A stretch of DNA of 64,000 bases from Raillietiella orientalis (lineage: Eukaryota), in assembly GCA_036172245.1 (NCBI GenBank), contig JAYWIR010000037.1, forward strand, positions 1,488,001-1,552,000, read 5' to 3'. Numbering within the stretch: the first letter of the stretch is position 1; every line of letters begins with the position of its first letter. Below, one piece after another: positions 23,594-35,570 of the stretch. The notes under the pieces were generated by a model. That model was given only the letters and a program-made list of their open reading frames with translations, was not told the DNA's origin and ran no database searches. Both the position numbers and the translations under genes were made by a program.

Positions 23594-26500
23594 TAATGGG
23601 TACCTCAAGCAATAATGATGAACCAGATATGAGTTCTTTGAATAATTCCATTCTCTGAAACTTATTTAAAGTGAATCAGCATTTTGAGCTCCTTTGGATG
23701 TGTACTAAATCTTGCTGATTTGCCTACAGCGTCTCCTTTGTTCTCGACGTTTAGGGCTTCAACCTTTTTTACCTAATTTCAGATGGATTAATCATGTAGT
23801 GTCCTGAGATAGAGTGTGTGTGGTGTCCTAGTGAAATCCACACAGTCCTCCATGCCGGAAAGCTGTCCGCGCTATTTAAACGTTAGCCGTTTTGTGGCTG
23901 TTTGAGTAACATGTGTATGTTTTGTGGTAGCCAACGATACGGATGCTGAAAAGTCCGATTTCGGAGCCAGAATTATAGAGTGAGGCCGATGACGGTTTTC
24001 TCGGAAATCACAGGTTTCATTTCTTTGATGCTCCGTGTGATTTAAAAACCGTCTATCTTTCCTGAGAGGTTCCGTATTTCCAAATGGGGTTTCTGTCGGA
24101 CTTGTGGTCCGGCAAAATGGAGAGCTCCTGATCCAACTAGAGAACATCGAGCTCGGCTCGAACTCTGCATACGATTGGACTCTGTCTTATTTCAGACAGA
24201 ACTCCTGTTGTAGTGAAGGATTTACCACCTTCCTTTCAATAATCTTCCATTTGCGATTGCAGGACGGCAGTCGTAGTTGATGATTCGCACTCTCATTTTT
24301 GTTTCACGTAAGAATGTGCATATGAAGGAAACCACGAATGTGCACTTCTCAAGGGATGGATGCAATGCTCCTTGATGTATGATGCGCTTCATGCTTTGCA
24401 GGTTAGTGATTTGCAGAAGTTTCCGTATAGATGAAGGAGCTCAGAAGCATCTGAACTTCCTTATCAGTTAAGCTCTTCCTTGAAAGAAGTTACATCTGTG
24501 GAGTTTTCGAAAATTACTCGCAGGAAACGAAGATCACGGAAATCATTTCGGGAGAAAACTTCCTCCGTGCTTCTCGGGTAGTGTGGTGAGAGATGGGAAT
24601 AGACCCAACATCCAGCTTCACCCGAAGACCTCTTTATGATAACCAGCAAAAATACTCTTTGCGTACTTTTAATAATAACTGCGCTAACCATTTACAAGGT
24701 GCCTCACTTTCTGAAATTTGTTGTCTGATGTTCTTCGAATGACCTTTCTTGCTAATAAAACGCAGGCTCTTTCAGAAAAGTCTCCGAAAGTGGGGTTCTG
24801 CTGCTGGGTGTGTTCTACCGTGCTTGAAATTTGCTATTTCGCTTCCTTGATGATGTCTTCCAGTTTCATCTAGCTCGAAACTTTTCTTAAAACAGTACCC
24901 TTTTCTCTTAGCCTTTATACTACTACAATTCCTACTTTTTAGGAATTTGCTTTTCTCTAGTTAACTTGGGCCCTGTGGTTTTTTCTTTTTTTTCAAGCCG
25001 TCTTGCTAGGATGTAAAGGACTCCCGACCGGGTTCGTTGACGTACGAATCCGTCTGGAGAATTCCCTCCATTAAGGAACAGCCTTCCCTCCTGGATATTC
25101 GCCACAGACCAACCCTGGCACGAGCGCCGAAGCTGGGCAGACGTTGGAGATCGCGGAAGCTGTGGAAAGTCTCTCCTTTGAACTTTGCTCGATCCCGAAT
25201 CTTCTCATTTTCATCCACTTGGCTTCATTTGTTCTTCCTTAATATCTACTTACAAAGTGCTATGTAGAGATGGAAGACAAAAAGTACTGTTGGTTTATTA
25301 TTTATTCATAGGAACACTGTGAGCTTGTTTACTAGCTCGTGTTTGTTTTCTCGCTTCTCATTCGTTGGTATGAATTTCTTTTCCTTTAATGAGCGCAGGT
25401 CTGATAATAAATGAATAAACTCGCTGCTTTGGCCACAACTTGGAATGACAAATTTTCGAAGGAAGGGGGATGAAAATCTTATGAAGAGATCATAGAAGGA
25501 ACAGGTAAAAAAAAAAGCACCGTTATCGCACACTGATGCACTTCAGCGGGAAACAACACAATGGTTACTATCATTCTTCCTACAATTGTAATTTTTTGTG
25601 TTCTTCATGGAGGTCCAGCGAACCTGTTCCCAAGGAAGAAAAGGAACCAACGTTGTGATGGATATAAAATTCATGGGAAGACGAAAATGGAGTGGCAAAT
25701 AAGTGCTCTGTCTCTACATCCCAAGGGAGGAGTGCCACTACTAGCGTGGTGCTAACCGACAAAATATGCCACCAAAAGATCACTTTTCAAACAGGAACCA
25801 ACCGCTGCACTAAATAAATTGGAAATTGCAAATTCTCCAAATGAAGATACGACTGATTTTCATTGCTTGGACACGGAGCCTCACAAAGATATCGGGCGAA
25901 CCTATTATGAAATCTCCATCAACTATCGTGAGTAGTTGCATAAGAGAAATGACTTCTTCTCAATATAATGCTTACGATTTTCGAATACGTTGAAAGTGAG
26001 CTTCTTTCCCCAAACAGCAAAGATCCCATGTACACGAAAATACTGGTTGTACGAAAATGTAATGGCATAATGAGAACATATAACTCACAAGGGCATCTGG
26101 AAAACTAGCAGTTCTGAGTGTCTGCAGCAATTGCTGCTGACGAGTCACTGTGGCTGTAGTGCCTAGAAATAGTTAAAAGCCAGAGTAACATGTGTATGGT
26201 TTCTTTTCTTAGCATTTCAAGAGGAAACATCTACTTAAAAAAAAGAGATGAATCAGGGGTGGGGAAATTCAACCAAGTATGGCTGTGGATGCAGCATCCA
26301 TGATTTGCATTTGATTGGTTACTCGAAGTCATCTAATCCACTTCCATATGCATGCTTACGTTCTGACATTCTAGTTTGCACTTTCGAACAATTGCAGTTT
26401 TTTGTTTTCCTTCCTGAAAATACAATGCAGCATTATAATTCTGTTCTAAGATGATAATAAGGCACGTTTTTTAATTTCAGAACTGAGGTAGCAGAACTTT

Positions 26501-27483
26501 GGTAGCCGTTCTTTTGCCACAGTGAATGACCAGAGTTGGGGGACAATAAGAATTGGAGGATCATTTATCTGAAAAAAATCCACTCTGCTTAAGGATGATG
26601 AAGAGAGTTTGTTACAGTGAGATCAGTTTCCTTGCTCGAGTTTGCTTTGGGAAAATTCAGTGATACTCCATCAGATAATGCTTTTCCTAATATCCTTTCA
26701 AAAAGTAAAACACGTGACATTTACATTATAAATAACCTTTAAAACTGCAGAAATTACCACGTTATATTTAGTGAATCCTGCCATTTTAGCTTATTTCTAC
26801 GAACCAATAATCCTGCAAAGCGTGTTGTCACCGACTCGAATACATCATGGATGATGCTATTCCCTCAAGTGACTATCCTACATCTACTCATCATTCCGAC
26901 CTAATTAAATCGAATCATTAAATAGATCTAACAAGCAACCAATATGTATATATGCAGTGTGGAACATGCAGCTTTACACATTCGCTTCGTACTCACATGT
27001 AGCCATCAGAGTGCTCATGATAAATGCACTGTAAGATAAACTAGCAATAAAATGCAAATTGATACTTTTATTCCAGAGTAAGCTGGGGATGTATTTCATG
27101 GATTGAAAGAGAGGGAGCCAATCCTTCTTAGCATTTGCTGGTAGCGAAACCTCTTCAAACTTAATTTTACCACAAATTCTGTTCCTCATTCTTCTGTTCA
27201 GAAGAGCACAGACTGAATTCTCGTATCGCTGGTAACGGTTTTCAGGATAACTGATGCAAAGTACCTACTACATTCCTACACATGCTGTCCCTGGTTAAAA
27301 ACAGCAAAAGAAGGGTTTGCAGAAATGTCACTGACGGTTCCATTTGTTTTCATTTTTGGCTTTTGGGGGAGCTGTCGGAATTTGCAAAAGACACCAAATG
27401 GAAATTCATATGAAACAACTGTTACGCATCGGAAGTTCAATCGAGGCCTAATTCGGCCTGCATGTTGTAGTTGTGTGTTTCAG

Positions 27484-27624
27484 ACGATTCCGATCTACAG
27501 CCCAATGGCCGAAACAAGAGGCAGCTCAAGAGTATGGGCTCACCTGTCGGAGGAATCGAAATCATGATAAATCTTCTAGCCGTTTCCAATGCAATGCTGC
27601 AGCAAAAAGCTGCTGCTTGTAACT
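27484..27624 (+). other. Candidate internal coding exon (141 bp, phase 1-1) of an unidentified host gene
   Basis: GTGTTTCAG acceptor, GTGAGT donor, and open frame DDSDLQPNGRNKRQLKSMGSPVGGIEIMINLLAVSNAMLQQKAAACN. No partner exons identified. Confidence 0.25.
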
Positions 27625-28076
27625 GTGAGTTTGCATTTTGCTATCTGGATGAGTTTAAGCCTTCTTGAAGGTTTATTGGTGCACAGGTTGCACGAATGTT
27701 TTCCATTTTTCCCCAAGTGGAATGCTTTTTTTTTTTGTTTTGAAAACTACGCAGCCATCATGCTGTCTGCCTGATTCCAAGCTTGAAAAGCAGATGTGCA
27801 TTTAAATTTTAAATACAGAAAAGAAACTCAACTTCAATAACAGGCAAGCGGTCCTGGTATTGGACATCATGAAACAAAAGTCAACAGCCTGATTTTATAA
27901 AACATCACCAAAAGTGTCCATGCACACAGTAAAAACCTCATGTCCGTAAATGCCAGGAAACGAGATAATGTGAGCAATGAATGCATTAGAGCAGATATGC
28001 TGTGAAGAATTGATACTTCAGGTTCGCTAAAGATGATATGCCTCTGCAATATGCCTTCACTATAGATACATCTCAC

Positions 28077-28973
28077 GCGCTGTCAGCCAGCAAGTGATGA
28101 CAGCTGCCTACCGGCGATGTAGGAGGTCGCCTGCAACATCGCAGGAGCAACCCGACCCATAGGTGGCTGGAGGACTTGCTAACTGGCAGACACCTCCATG
28201 CCTCGCATCATCCCCAAGGGACTCCTTCGGTGGAGCGAACATTTGAGTGTGCCCCCCGAAGAATTTGTGGTCCCTCTCTCCTGTTTGAACACTTCTGTGT
28301 TCCCCCTTTCTTGGAAGCAGGACGTCATCATGCTGGTGCATTGAGGTGTTCACTCCAGCCATCGGACGAACCGTGTTTCCGGGGGAGTTGTCTCCCCGAA
28401 CTGTGAACGGTGCGGGAAAGTGGAAACGCTACCGCACCTGCTCTTGGACTGCAGTGTCCTCCAAGGACTGTGGCGGAGGCTGGCCTCAGCTCTCCAGGAC
28501 CAGGGGGACACCGCAAGAGACTTGGTGCGCCGCTTCTTCACGCCAGGCAGCCTGTCCTTGGGTGCTGTCATCGCAACGGTCTGTTGCACCCGCGCCATCG
28601 ACAAGGCCCACCGAGAGCTGGAGAAGCAGGCGATTCGTCGACAGGCCACCGGAATAGCCGACGAGAACATGACGTCGGCTGCCGGTTGGTCTCATCTTCC
28701 AGAGGACATAAGGAACGAGATCTGCGGCATCCATAGCCGGTTTTAAAAGAAAGGAACTGCCCAAACCAAAGACCCCTGTCCCCTCCCCTCTTCATATCTT
28801 AATTTCTATTTTTTATATGGGCATTTGTGGTCCCCTCCCTCCCGTTCCGGACTTTCGGTTTACCGACCTGCGTGTCGGGGATCCCCCCCTTCGTTTCTTC
28901 TGTGTCTTTTGTCCGGGAATTCCGTTCCTGGATAGTTTAGCAATAAACGCTCCGGCTGACCCGGGTGAGAAAC
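28077..28973 (+). mobile_element. Family A young ~0.9 kb copy (ORF2 C-terminus plus structured 3' UTR)
   Basis: Contains CERCGKVETLPHLLLDC. 13 bp TSD AGATACATCTCAC at 28064-28076 and 28974-28986. Near-identical in inverse orientation to 52036-52913. Confidence 0.95.
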
Positions 28974-31165
28974 AGATACATCTCACAGAGGCATGATCAA
29001 GGAATTTTCAATGAATTCATGAGATCGCCCGCTATGAATTTGCCATTTATTATGAGGGTTCTAATCAGAGTGCCCTTCCAGTTTCAAAGAATCGTTTTTG
29101 CGAAAGCTTGCAAGAAACTGAGGATGGAAGAGCGTTTCAGTTTTTGAAAGTAACAAATTATTTTATAACAAGGGCGAGAGTCGAGCGCTTCTTGAGAACC
29201 TATGCTGAGCCAACACGAGTTGCTTAGTAATCTCATAGGCATGCTGTGCAATTAAGAATTTGATCAAATGTCTCAAAGTGGAAACCGAGTTGAATCTTGA
29301 CTGAATCTTGAGTGAGTGAATCGTATTTCACCCTTGAAGTTTAAACCAATGTCTGTCTATGTTTCATACCTTCAGTTCGCTTTTCTGAGGCAGCTGAAAG
29401 GATCGTGACACTGGTATGAAAAATTCAATGCCAGGCTTTCCTAAAGAGGACAGGCAAGAACTCCCTTAATGAAAATCTACTGCAGGAAAAGAAGAAGAAA
29501 AAAAAAAAACCTCATTATCGAGAATGCAAACTGCAGGCTTACGGCTTTTAATTGAAGTGCACTTGAATTTCAAACTGATTAATAGCTTTCGTCACGAACG
29601 CACTCTGTTTGGCCTTTTACGTATCCTTCATACCCTTGGTGGAGGAAGTTTGCTATTCCTGAGCAGCACGGCTACTATTAACAGCTCTGATATTTTCTAT
29701 TAAGCTAAACTTAGATCCCGTGAGTTCAGGAAATGAGGGGCTTTCTGAGCTGTCAATGGCGACTGTACGCCAAGAAGCTTATTGAAAATTTCCATTTCGC
29801 ACCTTGGGATATAATTTTTAGTAGCTCCTTCCATGAATCTAAAAAAAACGAGCAAATAATGTCTGGACCACGACGGATGCGAGGGAACTTCACACGCTAA
29901 AAATATAATAATGGACGGTATAAAGCATAATACAAGTAGTTGTGGATTCGGAAGATCTTTCAGGAAACTGATTTCCATTCCAAACAAAAAACGCTTGACG
30001 AGAGAGCAGTCCGGGTGACTCAATAAAAATGGCTATTTGGATTGGATAAGAGGACGGAGCTCATAAGTCCCTTTGGTTCGCAGCTCTTCAGAATTGGCTT
30101 TATTTGCATAAGGAACAATCGATTGCATGTGAATTTGCTTTAAAAAGGAAAAAATACATCCGTTTAGAAATCCTCTTCAACACAAAGTCTGTTCTTGTTT
30201 CTCTGATAAATTAGCCGATAGCCCTGCCTTTAGAGCTTGCAACGACTGTGTTGATGAGAGGAACAAGCATTAAAAGTCTTCGGAGCATTTTCAGCAGCAA
30301 ATTTCTCCACTTTCAACTTCCGACTGCAAGATGACGGTGACGAGTTGACATTTCAAGCTATTAACTTCGTTTCATGAGCTTCTTTCTTCGAAGAGATGAC
30401 TTGAACTGCTTATTTCTCAAGAGGGGCTCCTGGAAGGTCTTTTAGAAGAAATGCAGGATTGTCGAAGCATCCATTTGGAACCAATAGTTAAGGAAACTCT
30501 TCCGACCAATTCTCAATCCTCAAATTGAGTTCCACTTTTCATGTCGCTGCTGCTTATATCTTTGTGTCAGGAAAAACTGCTCACATAGTGTTTTACTGGC
30601 AAAAGAGCAAGAAGCTCGGTGAAGCCTTTGGAAGTTCGGCACACCTACACTTGAAAGTGAGCACCTATTCAAAACCGTAAAGCACTATCAGAAAGACCTC
30701 GGAAAATTAGTGGAAAATAATCTACATCAAGGTTCAAATATTCCAAAAATTGAAGAAAAAAAATTCTCAACTGTTGCAACATGGGTACAAATATTAAAAC
30801 GGAAACTGGAATCTAGGATTCCAAAGAATCCCAAGAAAATATGGGTCCATGAATAAAGCTTTTTGTGAAAGCGAAGATAACACCGGGTACTAGTTGCAGG
30901 TGCATCTACAGTACAGGTTATAATAAAAGAGGTCAATTCCTTGGAGCACCAAGTAGGATGAAAATACAATGCTGGATTTTTTAAAGAGAATCTATGACCT
31001 TATCTGACTGATTGCTTCTAGCAACAGCTTCGTGGCGGCATTTCCTCTCACAATAAGGGTACCGTGAAATGAGCACGAAACCTAAAGATAAAAAGGCTGA
31101 AAAAGGTTGAGTGTTATTACTATCTTGTCTCTGATGGATGAACATCAAACATTATCAATGAATTT

Positions 31166-31575
31166 TGATTCCAAATTCAATGAGTGGAATTGTGCCTTTC
31201 GGCACAAGTGAAATTCGAGAGCATTTTCAGCAGAAATTGTACACATCAAAATTGTAATTAACAACTACCGACAAGTTATTACATGCGATTGCGTTCAACC
31301 GAAGACGGTTGTATTCGTCCGTTAATTCCAGGCTGCGTATGTAATCCCAATGATTAACTCAACACTAAGTGAAACAACCATCATCGATGTAGAATCAGTG
31401 GCAAGTCTCCTGTGGCTCACTTGTTGGTCGACATGTAACTGTCTTCGGTTGCATGCAATCTTATGTAATGACTTGCTGGTAGTCATGAATTACAATTCCG
31501 ATGTGTGAAATGTCTGTTGAAAATGCTTTCACATTTCTGTTTAAAGGCGTACTTCCGCTAATTCAATTTGGATCA
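31166..31575. mobile_element. MITE/foldback-like element with ~150 bp imperfect terminal inverted repeats
   Basis: 31166-31315 pairs with the reverse complement of ~31430-31575 (e.g. AGCATTTTCA.CAGA, CACATC..AATTGTAATT, ACTACC..CAAGT.ATTACAT, CAACCGAAGAC.GTT). Non-coding spacer of ~115 bp. Confidence 0.8.
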
Positions 31576-34228
31576 GTAAACGAGAAGTGCTACTAGAGTT
31601 CTTCGTTTGCTTAATTGCTGTGCTTCTCTTTGAATTATTATGGAAGAAACGTGACTCCTTTGAAAATGAATCCGATCAGTCATTAACACTTTGCTAAAGG
31701 CAGGATTACTTACGCAAAAAGTTACATGCATCTCTCAACTACATAAAGCCTTTCCACCTGAGTTTCTAATAAGGTCTCCTTCATGATGTTTTCGAGGTTT
31801 GCAAGCATTTAATTGAACACCAAGCAGCAGCATTTTTATCGCTTTTGAACACGATTGTAAGCAAACATGAGGTGATTTCCTAAAGTGAAAGTGATTTTCT
31901 TCTGTGTATCTTCACAAAAGAAGCCGAATAGGTGAACCAAAACTTGAAGGAACAAAACCACTTTTGAAAAGCACATGTTCCATAGTCTATCAATACGTTC
32001 AACAAGCGCAGCGTATCAAGGAAAGAGTTTTCTTCACTCTTCAAAGAGTGATCACGGAAGCCACGCTTGATTTTCGAAAAATTCATAGAAACAGAACCAA
32101 GTAAATTTGCGAAATTGATGAATCACAAACTCAAACTTTGCTTAATTCTCCATCAACCAAGACACAAGCCGAAAAGAATAAATGCTTTTCCATCAGAGAA
32201 ACTCCTGTGGGTTCCATGACAACCAAGGCTTTCCTGTCTTTAGATATAAGTTGAGCAGAAAAAATTCACTCCTCACGAATGGGGACGGAGATACTCTTTG
32301 CAGTGAAACAGAGGTAGACGTGTGTATAAAGAAGTAAGCATCTTTTCGTCGTGCACCGTTTACCACACGTTCATTTGGCTTTCTAATTTAGCACCCCTAA
32401 TTGGAATAAAATCTCCGTGGTGCTACTCCTTTGACATCAGAATAAATTGAAAATGATTTATTTCTGTCTGTTTCAAATCGCATCTTCCAAAGGAAATGTC
32501 ACGACATGAAACCTCAAGCCTCAGCTTTGAGGATGCTACAAACGTCTAATGGGCGCAAAAAACAGTGAGTCAAGGAGGCACAAAAGCTCTAAAAGTTCCC
32601 TTGAATTGATGGACTGCGAAGGGATCAAACTTAGTAGAAAAGCACATCTCAAGTGAGTGCTCTTTTGTCACTAACAAAATGCTTCAAAGGAAGACTTTTC
32701 TGAACCACCGACTTTTCCTTTTCAGCACATTCAGAAAAGGAAATCACGCCGTTTCCCATTTTGTTCCATGCATCATTCTGCTGCTTCTGGATATCTTCAA
32801 CTCTTCGAACGCTTGGAGTGAAGATGCGGGCAGCAGCACAAATGGTCCCGGAATTTCCTCAGAATCCACCTTCAAATTTCATAGAAGCTCCTCATTAATT
32901 TGGTAAAGATTCTGAAACCAAAGTCAAAACGCTTCCTTTTCAACTATCCAACTTTGATCATGAAAGAAGAATCAGAAGGAGAAATGGTATTTTATTTTAA
33001 AATCTTGTTTATCATTTAGAATTTCGAATCTCTGAAGAAGCTGAAGGACCGAACAGAGCTCAGTGGAGTCCTTCCTTTGATGAAGTCTGCAGGAAAAGAT
33101 CTATCGTTTACTTACCCTGATGGAGCTGAAAGAAGAAAGGCAAAACAGTCACCATGCTCTTGTCTGAAGAAATTACCAGACAGAATACCTTTAAATTTTT
33201 CAATTTGTGAATAATGCAGAGATGGAACCTTTATGAAAGCGCCTTCGTTTCTTGCCAATGTCTTAGAAACAGGCTCGAAAATCTTAAGATTCCTTAAACC
33301 CCTTGCAGAATGTCAGACCTGATGAGCCGTCTGAACAAATAACCAACTCGAAATGCGCAAAATCCATGAATTCCTAATACCGAAAGCAGAGAAGCTCCAT
33401 ACCGGCTGCAGAGAAAACCATCCTGGCGTACACTATGAGTGCAGGGGACAACATGATCCATAGCAACAACAAGAGCATTTTGTGAAATTTCTTGTACTCA
33501 AAGAGTACCCTCCTAGAGTATGGGAAGAAGGGAAACAGCGCTGCTTAGTGGCCCAGGACTTCATTTCTTGCTGAAATGCCGAGGCAACCACGTTCCACTA
33601 AAGTGGACCACTGTTACTCTCCTTGCTTGAAATGTGTTCCCTCTTGCAATGCAGAGGGCCTTTAGCACGAGACAGACTTGTGCTCTCTCCTTTCACTTCT
33701 AGGAGGCGTTCCGCTTGGCACGACTTGTAATTGTACGTTTCAGTCGTGCGAAATTGTGCCCTCGAAGATCCGTTATGAAAAAGGAAGTTTTCCTCAGCGT
33801 CTGGAGCCTATGGATGCCACTCTTATCCTTTTCAGGATGCACAAGCACTGTAGCTGCACAACAACAGCGTCGTCAATCGGCGGTGGTGTTTCCTCCAATG
33901 CGACTCGCTATGCGGTGAATGTTATTTTTTCTTTTTACAACCACTGATCCAGCGACCACGATGCCTTTTTCTGTGGGACACTGCCCTTGTTTTTTCGTTT
34001 CTGCCCTTGAAGGAGCTCCTATTTCTCATTAGGTCACGACTGTTTCGTCCTTTGCGCGCAGCACGAGATCGGCGTGGGCAGTTGGTGGGAGGCCCTCCTA
34101 CCGCATGGGATTGAGCCTCGCACTGACTTGTTGCTCTGCTTCCCGTATTCTTCGCAGGGTGTGTCTGACACTCCATGCTGGCACCCTGCCGCAGTTTCGT
34201 ATGGCTACTTCTTTCCACAGGAGCCGCA

Positions 34229-35570
34229 TTAGGATTTAAGTGGCGGAGATCTGCACGTCCCCTCGAGGCTTTGCACGGAGGACGAAATCACCCGTAACAA
34301 GGGATTATACAAGGGGAAAACTCCCTCTCCTTCGAAGAGTTCTTGGACGATCTCCAATCGTGGTTGATCTTGTAGATCCATCTCCTGCTTGACTACTTTG
34401 AAGCTATTAAGAGGGTCCAACATGTGCGCAGGTGGAGTGGGACTTTTATACTCCCACATGAGGGGCAGTCTGCATAGGTCAGATGTCGAGTCCTTGTGCC
34501 TCACACGATCCTCCCGTGAAAAAACATCAGGAGGCAGTCCCGGGTTTCTGGCGACAGCTCGGGACCCTAAATTAGGATCCCTGTGGTCATTGGGTTTAGG
34601 GGCTGTTTCCTCAGCCTTCTCCATATCTTTGTCGAAGAGTCTTCGGCGTTACTTTTTGACTTGAAGAGGGCATTCATTGCACACAATTCTACTCTGAACC
34701 ACCGGGAGCCCTAGTCTTGATGTTCACGGGTTCGATCAATCATCTACTCTTTCAGCAAGCGGTTGTAGTCAAGCATTTTTCTTACGTGGGTGTGTTCCCA
34801 CTGATGGCAAACTGTTCGCATTCTTAGATGGTGTCTTCCACCTCTCGAGCCATTTTTCTGTGGCAGACAGTACGCTAATAAACAGTGAAATGTGCTTGCC
34901 AGCTCCTTGCTACAGAATTCTCTGCTTTTCGAAACAATCATTAATTTCTTCTGTTTTAGCAGGTCTCGTTTTTCATTTTTTTTTCCAGTGTAGGATATAT
35001 TAGGTTCCACCATCCTCCTGTTAGTCGAGACATCAGGACGTCGAACGCGTTGTGTCACCTGGAGACTCGGTGGAACACGTAGGGAGATCGGTCCCAGGCG
35101 GTGGCGTGCCTGATGAACTGTCGCAGTTCCTGGAGTTGGGTGGTGTGCAACCACATGGCTCATGCCGGTGCCTTCTTCCTGGTACGGCCGACGCAGATAC
35201 TTTGGTCTGAAAGTCTGTTTCTGGTCGATTCAGGTGAAGTGCTGTTGGATGTTGACCTTCTTCGGCATGTCGAAGAAGACTGCCCCGAACTGCAACTTGT
35301 GTGCTGGCAGCTCATTCCATTGACCTTCTCTTTCAGGGGGAAGTTCGCTTCTCGGTAGTCCATGCTTTGTTTTCCAGCTGTTGCCAGGATATTCTCCCAT
35401 TGGAGTGCCAGTGGTGTTTCCAATGTGAACTCCTAGGTATGTATTTTGCTTCTCCTGCTATTCTGAATCCGTTGGATTTCAGAAGAGTGATGGCCAGGTT
35501 GCCGACCGTGATGATATATGCACTGGATCCATTTATCTGCTTTCTAGGTCCAATGTTCTTAAATTCTTAA
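34229..35570 (-). mobile_element. Family B decayed copy (RT thumb to C-terminus)
   Basis: LEIVQELFEGEGVFPLYNPLLRV matches MEILAGMFQGDGNVPCYNPMVRM of 23083-23544. KYIPRS/YLG-like (~35440) and ANFPLKEKV (LSLKGK-like) motifs lie upstream. Confidence 0.7.

Noticed and set aside
28077..28102. 5' inversion (twin priming) suggested by GCTGTCA...TGACAGC
   Set aside because: CGCTGTC.GCC is also present at the homologous position of the 62.56 kb copy, so it is ordinary element sequence.
28820..28890. HDV-like ribozyme in the family A 3' UTR (TGGTCCC..CCTCC resemblance)
   Set aside because: I could not build P1, P1.1 or the J4/2 catalytic C strand, and no hammerhead CUGAnGA/GAAA core is present either.
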